NCBI GenBank assembly: GCA_040877345.1
Contig: JBBDNX010000061.1
Location: 1 to 40,652 of the forward strand
DNA from: Pirellulales bacterium
GTDB lineage: Bacteria; Planctomycetota; Planctomycetia; Pirellulales; JAICIG01
Direction of reading: 5' to 3'
DNA length: 40,652 nucleotides
Part shown: piece after piece, positions 1-9,547 of the stretch
Position numbering within the stretch: position 1 is the stretch's first letter
Layout: each line of letters opens with the position of its first letter
Program-made: the position numbers and the translations under genes
Notes under the pieces: model-generated
The model's input: the letters and a program-made list of their open reading frames with translations, nothing else
Told to the model about the DNA's origin: nothing
Databases searched by the model: none

Positions 1-735
1 CCGGCGCCTGCCGGCGATGGGCTCGAGGCGGCGGCACGCCAGGCGCGCTACGCGTTTTTGAAAGCGGCCGCCGCGCGCCGGGGGGCCCGCTACGTGACCA
101 CCGCCCACACGGCCGACGACCAGGCACTGACGATTTTGCACCGCGTGCTGCGGGGCACGGGCCTGGCCGGGCTGGCGGGCATCCCGCGCGTCCGCCGGCT
201 CGCGCGCGGCACGGCGCTGGTGCGGCCTTTGTTGACCGTGCGGCGGCAGGAGCTGCTGGCATATCTGGAGGAGCTTGGGCAGACGTACCGAGTGGACTCG
301 AGCAACCTCCAGACGCTTCACACCCGCAATCGGCTGCGGCTGGAGCTGTTGCCGCAACTGGAGCAGCACTACAACCCGCGCGTGGTCGAGGCCCTGGTGC
401 GGCTCGGGACCCTGGCCGGCGAGGCGCAGCGGGCGCTGGAGCCGATGATCGAATCGCTGACCGAGCAGGCTGTCCGCGGGCAGCCGGGTCGGATGGCGAT
501 CGACTGCTCCGCCCTGGCGGGCCAGCCGAGGTACCTGGTGCGCGAGATGTTCGTGGCCGCCTGGCGGCAGCAGGGCTGGCCCGAGCAATCGATGGGCTTC
601 GAGCAATGGGAGCGGCTGGCCGACCTGGCGATGGCCGGGCGCGCGAGCCAGGAAGTCAAGATCACGCTGCCCGGAGCCATAGCCGCGCATAAAAAAGGCG
701 AGCAGCTTACGCTGGCTCGCCTGGAGCAAGACTGA
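1..735 (+). CDS. tilS: tRNA(Ile)-lysidine synthetase, 3' part (5' end lies outside the window)
   Basis: The frame is open from nt 1. The translation EAAARQARYAFLKAAA...TTAHTADDQALTILHRVLRGTG matches the TilS HxxDDQxET segment and is followed by a C-terminal substrate-binding-like region. Stop TGA at 733-735. Confidence 0.8.
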   Translation, partial: PAPAGDGLEAAARQARYAFLKAAAARRGARYVTTAHTADDQALTILHRVLRGTGLAGLAGIPRVRRLARGTALVRPLLTVRRQELLAYLEELGQTYRVDSSNLQTLHTRNRLRLELLPQLEQHYNPRVVEALVRLGTLAGEAQRALEPMIESLTEQAVRGQPGRMAIDCSALAGQPRYLVREMFVAAWRQQGWPEQSMGFEQWERLADLAMAGRASQEVKITLPGAIAAHKKGEQLTLARLEQD

Positions 736-788
736 AGTGCACGGCCCGTGCGCCGCGACGGCCATGCTTGCAGCGGATCCGGGCCGGT

Positions 789-2258
789 TTACTGGATCGG
801 ACCTTCCACGCCGCCGGACAGCTTTTCGGGATCAATCCGGCCCGCCAAGATCTCCGGTTGGTAGCCGCCGCGCGCTTTGTCGTACAGCGCGATGCCGCCG
901 AAGATGAAGATCAACGCCGCGGGCAGAATGCTGACCCAGCGGAAAGCCATCGAAAAGCCGATGCGCTCGGCCGACTCGGCCACCTCGCGAGGCGGACTCT
1001 GCTCGGGCAGGCTTTGGACCGCCTGGGCATCCAGGCCGGTGTACTTGCCCTTGTCATCGGCCTTCAGAATGGTCGATACCGGCACGGAACCCAACGACTC
1101 TTCGTTTTCGACCACGTGGGTTACGGCGTAGCGGTCGACAATCTTGCCCATCTGGGGCAGCACGAAGGCGACCGAGATATTCCCGGCTGATCCCATCAGG
1201 GCCAGGATCAAAGCGCCCCCCTTGGGGAACCGTTCGGCCGCCACGCCCAGCATGGTGGGCCAGAAATAGGCGATCCCCAGGCCATAGATCGTTGCATACG
1301 CAAAGGCGGTCTGAACTGAATCGGCATAGCTCAACAGGTAGAGCCCGACCGCGGAGAGCACCGCCGAGCCGGTGAGCATGCCCACGGGCGAAAGCCGGTG
1401 GGCGATCGGGCCGGCAAAGTGCCGCAGCACGAACATCATGCCGGAAGTATAGACCAGAATCAGCGTGCCCGCCGAAGCCTGGTCGAGCAGGCTCGTCATG
1501 ACGGAGTTCTGCCATTTTTGGGGGCCCAGCTCGGTGGCGGCCGTGAGCAGCATGCAGAAGGCCCACAGCAAGAACATTGGGCGGAACACCTGGCCGAACA
1601 TTTCACCGGTCGAGACACCCGATTCGACCCGTTCGGTGGCCGGAAAGATCGAGCCGATCAGGATGAACCCATACACCAGGGCCGGAATCACGATCAGCAT
1701 CAAGCAGCATTGCCAGTACTCAAAGCCCGCGATTAGATCGTTGGCCTTGGTGCCCGTGGAGAAGACGACCTTGCGCATGAAGACGGCCAGCAAACCGCCG
1801 ATGATCAGCCCGCCGGGCCACCAGGCGTGCAGGATGTTGAGGAAGTGCGTCTTTTGTTTGTGATAGAGCGTCGCCACCAGCGGATTGATGCCGACTTCGG
1901 TGAAGCCGTTGCCGAATCCCATCAAGAGCCCGGAAACGTAAAGCCACCAATACGCGTTGTCACTGCTGGTGAAATCCACGTTCTTGGAGAAAACCATGCC
2001 CAGCGTGCCGGAGAGGTGGCTGGCCAAGGCCAGGAACATGATCCGCTTGATACCGAGTGAATCGCAGATAAATCCGCCGAACAGCATCGAGATGGCCATG
2101 CCGTAGAAGATGGCCTTGCCGATTTCGCCGTTTTGTTGTTGTTTGAAGTTGAAGGTCGTACCCATCTCCTGCATCACGTCGCCGTGCAAGCTGAAAGTGA
2201 ATGCCGACGTGACCAGGGCGATACAGCTACAGATGAACAGGCGACGGTTGTTGAACAT
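789..2258 (-). CDS. MFS transporter (FucP/sugar-permease-like, about 12 TM helices)
   Basis: Long hydrophobic ORF with MFS-like repeated helices. I prefer the ATG at 2258 (MFNNRRLFICSCIALV...) over the ORF-track start at 2315. Convergent with tilS. Confidence 0.8.
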   Translation of the reverse strand: MFNNRRLFICSCIALVTSAFTFSLHGDVMQEMGTTFNFKQQQNGEIGKAIFYGMAISMLFGGFICDSLGIKRIMFLALASHLSGTLGMVFSKNVDFTSSDNAYWWLYVSGLLMGFGNGFTEVGINPLVATLYHKQKTHFLNILHAWWPGGLIIGGLLAVFMRKVVFSTGTKANDLIAGFEYWQCCLMLIVIPALVYGFILIGSIFPATERVESGVSTGEMFGQVFRPMFLLWAFCMLLTAATELGPQKWQNSVMTSLLDQASAGTLILVYTSGMMFVLRHFAGPIAHRLSPVGMLTGSAVLSAVGLYLLSYADSVQTAFAYATIYGLGIAYFWPTMLGVAAERFPKGGALILALMGSAGNISVAFVLPQMGKIVDRYAVTHVVENEESLGSVPVSTILKADDKGKYTGLDAQAVQSLPEQSPPREVAESAERIGFSMAFRWVSILPAALIFIFGGIALYDKARGGYQPEILAGRIDPEKLSGGVEGPIQ

Positions 2259-2315
2259 CCGGTGACTCCTCGTGACTGCGGTGGGCGGGTGCTCTTGGCG
2301 CGCGGTAAAATCCAC

Positions 2316-2348
2316 GCCGCATCGCGCCGGCCAGCCACGCGATGCGGC
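2316..2348. promoter_or_regulatory. Perfect 11-bp-stem hairpin or palindrome in a divergent intergenic region
   Basis: gccgcatcgcg (2316-2326) and cgcgatgcggc (2338-2348) are exact reverse complements around an 11-nt loop. The element lies 58-90 nt upstream of the MFS ATG on the minus strand. Confidence 0.35.
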
Positions 2349-2628
2349 TCATGCTGCTCGGGAGCGATCCGACAAGGACGGCCGGATTCGAGTATACAAG
2401 CGGCCCAAGCAAAGTAAATCCGCCGCTCGTAGTGATTTGTGGCGCGACGGCCGATTGCGCCTCGGCACGCCACGCACGATCCGTCCGGATCGCCTGGCTT
2501 ACCCAATCGGTTGGCACAACCACAATGCCCCGCGATCGAATCTGCCTTGACCGCCTGCGCCGCCTCAACGTACCATTCCACGCCTTTATCTTTTTTGCCC
2601 GCAGCCGGATATGTAAACGGAACCGCCT

Positions 2629-3870
2629 ATGCGGCCACCTTCGAGCGAGTGGATCAGGCTCGGGGGGCTGTTGCTCGTGGCGCTCGGCACGCGGCTGGCG
2701 GCCGCCGGCTGGTGGCAGGCCCGGCTGGACCCCAACGCCAGCTTCGCCTTTCCAGACAGCCAGACGTATTGGATCCTGGGCCAGGCCCTGGCCAACGGCG
2801 AGCCCTTTCAGTACGGCTCGCCCGACGCCAGCATCTTTCGGATGCCCGGCTACCCGTGGCTCTTGTCGCTCTTGTTTCGGCTGCTGGGAACCGATGCCTC
2901 CGTGATGTGGGCCCGCGGCCTGGGAGCCGTGCTCGGAACGCTGGCCGTGGCGGCCCTGTACGCGCTGGCGCGGCAGATGTTCGACCGCTCTTCGGCGCTC
3001 ATCGCCGCCGCCATGGGGGCCGTCTATCCCGGAGCCGTCGGCATGAGCGTGTTCGTGCTGAGCGAAGCGCTGTTCTGCCCGCTGATGCTGGCGCAGCTCG
3101 CGCTTTGGGCCGCAAGCTGGCAGTCCGCCAGCCGCCGCGGCTCGATCTGGCTGGCGGCAGCGTCCGGGCTGGTGGCCGGCCTGGCCACGCTGACGCGGCC
3201 GAGCTGGCTGGCCTTTGTCCCCTTTGCCATCCTGGCTGGCCTGGTGGGCGGCCAGCGGCGGAGGCACCTCGTGCTGGGAGCGGTGGCAGTGGCCGGCCTG
3301 GCGCTGGCCATGCTCCCCTGGTGGGTCCGCAACGCGCGGCTGGTGGGCCACTTCGTGCCGACGACGCTGCAGGTCGGCGCCAGCTTGTACGACGGCTTGA
3401 ATCCGCGGGCCGACGGCGGCAGCGACATGTCGTTCGTGCCCCGTTTCGAGGCGCTGGAGCGAGCCAACGCGGCGGCCGGCGAGCCGTTCGAATACCGGCT
3501 CGACCGGCGAATGCGCAACGAAGCCATCGAGTACGCCCGGAACAATCCGGGGCGGGCGCTGGCCCTGGCCGCGATCAAGGCGGCGCGGATGTGGAACGTC
3601 TGGCCCAACGAGCCGATTTCAGGCGGCTGGCTCGTGGGCCTCGTGATGCTTCTGACCTACGTGCCGGCCTTGGGCTTGGCGCTGGCCGGCGCTTGGAAAT
3701 ACCGGCGGTTGGGATGGCCCTACGCGCTGTGCTGGCTCCCGGCGGGGTATCTCACGCTGCTGCACATGATTTTCGTCAGTTCGATCCGTTACCGCGAGCC
3801 GGCCATGCTGGCCCTGCTGGTGCTGTCGGCCGCCACTGTGCGAGGAGTACTGGCATCGCGAGGGGAGTGA
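2629..3870 (+). CDS. GT-C fold membrane glycosyltransferase (ArnT/PMT_2-like, GT39/GT83 type)
   Basis: Polytopic membrane protein. The first loop, FPDSQTYWILGQALANGEPFQY...RMPGYPWLLSLLF, is typical of the ArnT/PMT_2 family. The stop TGA at 3868-3870 overlaps the next gene's GTG. Confidence 0.7.
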   Translation: MRPPSSEWIRLGGLLLVALGTRLAAAGWWQARLDPNASFAFPDSQTYWILGQALANGEPFQYGSPDASIFRMPGYPWLLSLLFRLLGTDASVMWARGLGAVLGTLAVAALYALARQMFDRSSALIAAAMGAVYPGAVGMSVFVLSEALFCPLMLAQLALWAASWQSASRRGSIWLAAASGLVAGLATLTRPSWLAFVPFAILAGLVGGQRRRHLVLGAVAVAGLALAMLPWWVRNARLVGHFVPTTLQVGASLYDGLNPRADGGSDMSFVPRFEALERANAAAGEPFEYRLDRRMRNEAIEYARNNPGRALALAAIKAARMWNVWPNEPISGGWLVGLVMLLTYVPALGLALAGAWKYRRLGWPYALCWLPAGYLTLLHMIFVSSIRYREPAMLALLVLSAATVRGVLASRGE

Positions 3871-5666
3871 TCCATCTCTGTTGGAGCGGTTGCAAACGGG
3901 GGCTGCTAGCCGTACTGCTGGCCGCCTCGGTGGGAGTGCTGTATTTCCACAACCGCATGGACGAAGAGATTCGCCGCGCGGTCGAGGAGCGGATTGCCGA
4001 GCAGTACCCGAACCTGGCGGTGAGCGTGCGAGGGGCCCAGTGGGTCAAGGGCGAAGGGATCGAGGTCCGCGGCCTGTCGATTGTCGAGCCCGGCGCCAGC
4101 GGGCCGGCAGCCCAACTGGCGTACCTGGAAGAGTTATTCCTGTTCAGCGACGTCCAGTGGCAAGACCTGATCCGGGGCGAGCTGGTCATCTCGCACTTTG
4201 CCATTCGCCGGCCGCTGGTCCGGATGACCCGCCGGCCCGACGGCACGTGGAGCGCTGCCAAACTGCTGCCGCTGCCGAAGCTGAGCAAGGACACGCCGCA
4301 AGGTACTATTGAAGGCGCCGTTTTCGAGATCTCCGACCCGTCGAGAGACCCGGCCGCCACGCTGACGCTGCGGGAGATCGACCTCGAGTTCGGCCCGGCC
4401 GCCAACCAGCAACCAGGCGCCGATGGGCGCCGACCGCTGCGTGTGAAGGGCGCGATGCTGGGCGATCATCTGAAGCGGATCGACCTGGACGCAATCTTCC
4501 ACCCCAGCGGGGCTTCGTTCGACGCGGCGGGCAAAGTCGAGGCCCTGGACTTTTCGCAGGAGCTGATCAAGTCGCTCCCCGCCGAGGCGGCGAACTGTCT
4601 GGCCGAATTGAGCACGCTTCGCGGCCAGGTGCAGGCAAGCTTCCGGGTCCGGCGCGATCCGGCGGCGGCTCCCGCACTGACTTACGAGCTGCAGGGCGAA
4701 CTTTTCCGGGGCCGCATCGATGATAAGCGGCTCCCTTATCCTCTCACCGACATCCGCGGGTCGTTCCGCTGCGACCAACTCGGTTTTTCCGCGCGGGAGC
4801 TGACGGCCCGCAGCGGGCCGACGACATTCCGCCTGGACCTGGCACACACGGGCTACGGCAAGCAAGGGGAGCTGAAACTGAAGGCGGAGAGCCGCCAGAT
4901 GCCCCTGGACGAGAACCTGTTGGCGGTGCTGCCGCTATCGTGGCAGAACCAGTGGAATCGATTTCGCCCGGCCGGATGGATCAACGTCGAGCTGCTGGAG
5001 CTGGACTTCGACGGCCAGAACTGGCGGCCGCACCTGGTCGTGAAATGCCTGGACGTGGGTTTCACCTACCATCAATTTCCCTACCGGCTGGAACATGCCA
5101 AGGGCGAGCTGACGTTCAAGGACAATCGGCTCACGATCGACCTGAAGGCCTACAGCCAGGGGAAGGACTATCGGCAGGGGGACGAGGTGCGGCTGAAGGC
5201 CACCCTGGTCAACCCCGGTCCGGCTCCGCTGGTGGACCTGGAGGTCTGGGCGGACCGCATCCAGCTCGACGACAAGTTGTTCGATGCCTTGGGCGATGGG
5301 CCGCGCCGTTTCGTGCGCTCGCTGGGCCCCGAAGGCACCGCCCGAGTGCATTTCCGCTGCTTCAGCGCCGAGACGGCTCCAGGCGTATTGCACAAGGACC
5401 TGAGCATGGTGCTCAACCACTGCAAGCTGCGGTACGCCAACTTTCCCTATCCGCTGGAGAACATTCGCGGCAAGATTACGATGCTGGACGGCGCCTGGAA
5501 CTTCAGGGAACTGGAAGGAACCAACGATACGGGGCGGATCACGTGCTCGGGGCACCTGGCGCCCGTGGGCAAAGCCTTCCAGTATTCGTTCGCCTTCCAC
5601 GGCGACAACGTGCCGCTGGATCAGGAGCTGCGCCAAGCGCTCAGCCCGGGCGCTGCGCGGCTCTGA
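3867..5666 (+). CDS. AsmA/TamB/YhdP-like envelope protein, N-terminal 599 codons (ends at an in-frame TGA)
   Basis: GTG at 3867 forms a GTGA overlap with the GT-C stop. An N-terminal membrane anchor (GLLAVLLAASVGVLYF) is followed by a long beta-rich repetitive region. The supplied ORF 2439-5666 is the same frame, but its first 1.4 kb is overprinted on the GT-C gene. Confidence 0.65.
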   Translation: MIHLCWSGCKRGLLAVLLAASVGVLYFHNRMDEEIRRAVEERIAEQYPNLAVSVRGAQWVKGEGIEVRGLSIVEPGASGPAAQLAYLEELFLFSDVQWQDLIRGELVISHFAIRRPLVRMTRRPDGTWSAAKLLPLPKLSKDTPQGTIEGAVFEISDPSRDPAATLTLREIDLEFGPAANQQPGADGRRPLRVKGAMLGDHLKRIDLDAIFHPSGASFDAAGKVEALDFSQELIKSLPAEAANCLAELSTLRGQVQASFRVRRDPAAAPALTYELQGELFRGRIDDKRLPYPLTDIRGSFRCDQLGFSARELTARSGPTTFRLDLAHTGYGKQGELKLKAESRQMPLDENLLAVLPLSWQNQWNRFRPAGWINVELLELDFDGQNWRPHLVVKCLDVGFTYHQFPYRLEHAKGELTFKDNRLTIDLKAYSQGKDYRQGDEVRLKATLVNPGPAPLVDLEVWADRIQLDDKLFDALGDGPRRFVRSLGPEGTARVHFRCFSAETAPGVLHKDLSMVLNHCKLRYANFPYPLENIRGKITMLDGAWNFRELEGTNDTGRITCSGHLAPVGKAFQYSFAFHGDNVPLDQELRQALSPGAARL

Positions 5667-5684
5667 CAGGACCTGAAGCCGCGC
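5655..5684 (+). other. Hairpin that carries the in-frame TGA in its loop
   Basis: gcgcggct (5655-5662) pairs with agccgcgc (5677-5684). The 14-nt loop ctgacaggacctga contains the TGA at 5664-5666. Confidence 0.4.
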
Positions 5685-5819
5685 GGAGCGATCCAACTGG
5701 ATGCCATCGTCAGCTATGAACCGGGCGATCTCAAGCCGCGCGTCTGGGTCCAGGCGCGCCCGCTGGAAGGGCCCTCGTATCCTTCCGCCTCGATCGAGCC
5801 CAGCTATTTCCCCTATCGC

Positions 5820-7073
5820 TTGGAAAAACTGCAAGGAAAGTTCACCTACTGCGACGGCCGGGTCGAGCTGGAAAACTTCCGAGCCGAGCATGGCACCACC
5901 CGCCTGGCCGCTCATGGCAACTGCCAACTCAGTAGCGACGGCACCTGGCGGTTGAAGCTCGATCCCATGTCGGTCGACCGGCTCAGGGCCGACCGCGACC
6001 TGGTGCAGGCGCTGAGCGGCCGCTTGAAGAAGGCGATGATGGACTTGCGCCCCACCGGCGGCCCGATCAATCTGCGCGGCACGCTGGAGCTGGCCAGCGG
6101 AGGCAGCCCAGGCAGCCCGATCACGGCCGCCTGGGACCTGGAACTGCACCTCCAGCAGTGCCATCTCGATTGCGGCGTTGAGCTGGCGCATCTCAACGGC
6201 CGGATCCACCTGGCCGGAGCGTTCGACGGCCTGCAGTACCACGCCTACGGCGGGTTGAAGATCGACTCGGTGATCTACAAGGGTTTTCAATTCACCGAGG
6301 TGATGGGCCCGATCTGGCTGGACGACAAGCAGGTTCTGCTGGGTCTGTGGGCGGATCAGCAGCGAGGCGTCAAGCCACAGCACCACGTGACGGCCCGTTT
6401 GTACGGAGGCCGGCTGGTGGGCGACCTATGGGTGAAGACCGGCCCCAGCCCGCGCTACGCGCTGCAAGCCACCCTTACCGAGGCCGACCTGGGGAGGTGG
6501 GCGCGCGAAAGCGCGGCGGGGCCACAGCAGCTCAGCGGCCAGGTGTGGGCCACGCTCAATCTGCGCGGCAAGGGTCAGGGCGCGCATAACCTGGGCGGCA
6601 ATGGCAGCGTCCAGCTCCGCAATGCCGACTTGTACGAGCTGCCGGTGATGCTGGCGCTGTTGAAGACGTTGAGCGGGCGGCCCCCCGACACCACCGCCTT
6701 CACCACCAGCGACGTCGATTTCGTCGTTGAAGGCGAACACGTGTACCTGAAGCGGATCGACTGCAACGGCGATGCGATCAGCCTGCGAGGAACGGGCGAG
6801 CTGGGGCTCGACCGCGGCATCAACATGACCTTTTACACCATTGTCGGCCGGGGTGGACTGCGGATCCCGCTGGTGGACCAGATCGGCGGTTTTGCCAGCC
6901 AGCAGATCCTGCGGATCCACGTCGGCGGAACGCTCGACAACCCCCAGACGCGCCGCGAAGTGCTCCCCGTGGTCGCACAGACGCTGCAACAGCTTCAACT
7001 TCCACCACCTGCCGAGCCGGCGGCCGGCGGCCTGGCGCCGCGCCGCGGCCCGGCGCCGCCCAGGAGGTACTAA
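5820..7073 (+). CDS. AsmA/TamB-like protein, C-terminal part (same frame as 3867-5666; the coding signal already resumes at 5667)
   Basis: The C-terminal motif region, DFVVEGEHVYLKRIDCNGDAISLRGTGELGLDRGINMTFYTIV...ILRIHVGGTLDNPQ, resembles AsmA/TamB C-terminal domains. The ORF-track start at 5820 is a TTG inside a continuous reading frame. Confidence 0.65.
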   Translation: MEKLQGKFTYCDGRVELENFRAEHGTTRLAAHGNCQLSSDGTWRLKLDPMSVDRLRADRDLVQALSGRLKKAMMDLRPTGGPINLRGTLELASGGSPGSPITAAWDLELHLQQCHLDCGVELAHLNGRIHLAGAFDGLQYHAYGGLKIDSVIYKGFQFTEVMGPIWLDDKQVLLGLWADQQRGVKPQHHVTARLYGGRLVGDLWVKTGPSPRYALQATLTEADLGRWARESAAGPQQLSGQVWATLNLRGKGQGAHNLGGNGSVQLRNADLYELPVMLALLKTLSGRPPDTTAFTTSDVDFVVEGEHVYLKRIDCNGDAISLRGTGELGLDRGINMTFYTIVGRGGLRIPLVDQIGGFASQQILRIHVGGTLDNPQTRREVLPVVAQTLQQLQLPPPAEPAAGGLAPRRGPAPPRRY

Positions 7074-7109
7074 AGGTTTGATTGGGCAAGTCTTCTTGAG
7101 AGGTGAGCG

Positions 7110-7430
7110 ATGAGCATCGCTTCGACGTCGGTAGTGGGCGGCGCGGCCGGCTCGCCTTGGGCCCAGGGCAAGGGCTCGGAGCTCCAGCGGTCGCAGCACG
7201 AGACCGCCGCCCAGCAGCGCCAGGTCCAATCGGAGTTGAAGGCCGAGGCGGCCGCGGGCATCGGCGCCACCGACGCCGAGGACAACCAGGTGACCGATCG
7301 CGATGCCGACGGCCGCCGTTTGTGGGACCCGCCGCCAGCGCCAAGCGACACGGACGAAGCTGCCAGTCCAACCCCTTGTTCCCAGACCCCCAGCGGCCAA
7401 AGCGGCAATCAATTGGACCTCACCGCCTGA
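7110..7430 (+). CDS. Small acidic, Gln/Ala-rich hypothetical protein (106 aa)
   Basis: The ATG is preceded by gagaggtgagcg (SD-like). It lies 36 nt after the AsmA-like stop. Third codon positions are G/C-biased. No family recognised. Confidence 0.5.
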   Translation: MSIASTSVVGGAAGSPWAQGKGSELQRSQHETAAQQRQVQSELKAEAAAGIGATDAEDNQVTDRDADGRRLWDPPPAPSDTDEAASPTPCSQTPSGQSGNQLDLTA

Positions 7431-7491
7431 AGGCAGTAAAATCTCCTGCTCACGAGCAGTTCCGGCCGGATGGGAGACGGGAGCAGTTGAC

Positions 7492-8391
7492 ATGCAGTTC
7501 ACAAAAATGCAGGGAGCCGGCAACGACTACATTTACCTCGATTGCTTTCGCGAGGCGCTGTCCGAGCCCCCCGCCGAGCTGGCCAGGCGGATCGCCGATC
7601 GGCACTTTGGAGTGGGCGCCGACGGACTGATCCTGATCGCCCCCTCGGAGGTGGCCGACGCGCGGATGCGGATGTTCAACGCCGACGGCTCCGAGGCCGA
7701 AATGTGCGGCAATGGAGTCCGCTGCCTGGCCAAGTACGTCCACGATCACGGCTTGAGCGACAAGGAAACGCTCAAAATCGAAACCGGCGCCGGCATATTG
7801 TCGCTCGACCTGGAAGTCGTCGACGGCCTGGTCGAGCGCGTACGCGTCGACATGGGCGAGCCGATCCTCGAAGCATCCCGGATCCCCACCACGCTGCCGG
7901 GAAACCCCGTGGTCGATGCCCGCCTGGAGGTCGACGGGCGCGAGCTGGCACTCACCTGCGTTTCCATGGGCAACCCCCACGCGGTCGCCTACTTGGACGA
8001 GTTGTCCGACGAGTGGGTGCTGGGGATTGGCCCCAAGCTGGAGGCGCACCGCGCTTTTCCCCGGCGGGTGAATGCCGAGTTCGTCCGGGTCGTCTCGCCC
8101 GATGAAGTGCACGTCCGCGTCTGGGAGCGCGGCAGCGGCGAGACGCTGGCCTGCGGCACCGGCGCCTGTGCCGTCTGCGTGGCCGGCGTGCTCTCCGGAC
8201 GCACCGGCCGCAAGCTGCTGGTGCACCTGCCGGGTGGAGACCTCGAGCTGGAGTGGGCCGAGAACAATCACGTTTACCTGACCGGGCCGGCCGTCGAGGT
8301 CTTTTCCGGCGATTGGCCCCGGCAGACCGCTGCAATCTCCCGGCAGGGCCCTGGCCGGCCGGCGCCGTCCATTCATTCCGCGGCCCGCTGA
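7492..8391 (+). CDS. dapF: Diaminopimelate epimerase
   Basis: [19 protein letters not shown]..., [16 protein letters not shown] and [16 protein letters not shown] are the two DapF active-site Cys motifs. I chose the ATG at 7492 because the ORF-track start at 7303 would add a non-homologous leader. Confidence 0.9.
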   Translation: MQFTKMQGAGNDYIYLDCFREALSEPPAELARRIADRHFGVGADGLILIAPSEVADARMRMFNADGSEAEMCGNGVRCLAKYVHDHGLSDKETLKIETGAGILSLDLEVVDGLVERVRVDMGEPILEASRIPTTLPGNPVVDARLEVDGRELALTCVSMGNPHAVAYLDELSDEWVLGIGPKLEAHRAFPRRVNAEFVRVVSPDEVHVRVWERGSGETLACGTGACAVCVAGVLSGRTGRKLLVHLPGGDLELEWAENNHVYLTGPAVEVFSGDWPRQTAAISRQGPGRPAPSIHSAAR

Positions 8392-8436
8392 CAACACGCC
8401 GGCCATGGTCCGCTAAGAAAGGCAAGGAAGCCTGTC

Positions 8437-9276
8437 ATGAAACTTCGCAGCCCCACGTTAGTCAAAGCCGGCGGCCTGTTGGGCGCCGCCGCCATTCGGG
8501 CCTGGATGTCGACGCTCGACTACCGGGTGGCCTACTACGATCCGGCCGTCGACCCGGTGCACCCCGACTACGCGGGCCCGAAGATCTACATCTTCTGGCA
8601 CGAGTACATCCTGTTTCCGATTTTCCTGCGAGGCCACTCGAACCTGGCGATGCTCTTGAGCCGCCACGCCGACGCCGAAATGCTCGCGCGGGCCGCCTAC
8701 CACCTCGGCTTCGACTGCGTGCGCGGATCCACCGCGCGGGGCGGCGCCACGGCCCTGCGAAAGCTCTTGGAAGCGAGCCGCGGCATGAACCTGACCATAA
8801 CGCCCGATGGCCCTCGCGGCCCGCGGCGCCGGTTGGCGGCCGGCAGCATCTGGCTGGCGAGCAAGCTGGGCTTGCCGCTGGTGCTCTTGGGCCTGGGCTA
8901 CGATCATCCCTGGCGGTTCGGCAGTTGGGACCGCTTTGCCGTGCCGCGTTTGTTTTCTCGTGCCCGTGCCGTGGTCAGCCCTCCCGTCCTGCTGCCAGGG
9001 GACCTGGACCGCGGAGGTCTGGAGCATTACCGTGGCGAGGTCGAGCGCCTGTTGAACCGCTTAACGTTGGAAGCCGAGGCCTGGGCCGAATCGGGCAGCC
9101 GCAAGCTGGCCGAGCAACCGCTGCGGCGTGAGCATCCCCGCCGCCCCTTGCGGGCCGACGCGCTGCACCATCTCGCCGGGCCTCACGGTCTCCGAGCGCT
9201 AGGTTTAGCCGAGCGCCAGGCGGCGGTCATCGCAGGCGGTTCGAGCTTGAACGGCAGTGCTGGCAGGGACAGGTAA
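8437..9276 (+). CDS. DUF374 / lysophospholipid-acyltransferase-like protein
   Basis: YIFWHEYILFP...LLSRHADAEMLARAAYHLGFDCVRGSTARGGATALRKLL...LTITPDGPRGP matches the DUF374 pattern. SD-like aaggaag lies upstream. Confidence 0.7.
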   Translation: MKLRSPTLVKAGGLLGAAAIRAWMSTLDYRVAYYDPAVDPVHPDYAGPKIYIFWHEYILFPIFLRGHSNLAMLLSRHADAEMLARAAYHLGFDCVRGSTARGGATALRKLLEASRGMNLTITPDGPRGPRRRLAAGSIWLASKLGLPLVLLGLGYDHPWRFGSWDRFAVPRLFSRARAVVSPPVLLPGDLDRGGLEHYRGEVERLLNRLTLEAEAWAESGSRKLAEQPLRREHPRRPLRADALHHLAGPHGLRALGLAERQAAVIAGGSSLNGSAGRDR

Positions 9277-9384
9277 TAGCTAATCGCCCGGCGCCTACCT
9301 GATCAGCGTCCAGCATGCGGCGGACCGCGAAGGGCTTGGCCATTGCCCGCGGATGGTTACGAGAAAGCTTCTTCAGCGGTGACG

Positions 9385-9500
9385 CCTTGTTTCGCCCTTT
9401 CAGGGCATCTTTTTTGGATGGCGATGTTGCCCAGGGCGGCGCTTGCGGCTTACGCCGCTGCGCTCTGCCCTGGGCTGATGTGTTGCGCCCCTTGGGGGCG
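9385..9500. repeat. REP-like arm (left), made of three short hairpins
   Basis: About 85% identical (by eye) to the reverse complement of 10178-10296. Internal palindromes: gccctttcagggc, cccagggcggcgc...gcgctctgccctggg and cgccccttgggggcg. Confidence 0.75.
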
Positions 9501-9547
9501 GACGGACGGGTCATCAGCCGATTCCGTCCTGAAAGGCAAGCAACAAG

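Noticed and set aside
2439-3866. N-terminal 476 codons of the supplied 1075-aa ORF (2439-5666).
   Set aside because: The translation is Arg/Ala/Gly/Pro-rich nonsense overprinted on the well-supported GT-C gene in another frame. The real gene most plausibly starts at GTG 3867, just before its membrane anchor.
5664-5666. Selenocysteine (or TGA=Trp/Gly recoding) at the in-frame TGA of the AsmA-like gene.
   Set aside because: A bacterial SECIS stem-loop starts just 3' of the UGA, whereas here the UGA is inside the loop. No selA, selB or selC lies nearby. Many neighbouring genes terminate at TGA, so an alternative genetic code is unlikely. The observation is kept as a pseudogene/readthrough question instead.
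4935-7523. Minus-strand ORFs 4935-6386 (483 aa) and 6426-7523 (365 aa).
   Set aside because: They are antisense to the AsmA/TamB-like gene and the small acidic ORF. They show the same low-complexity shadow-ORF composition.
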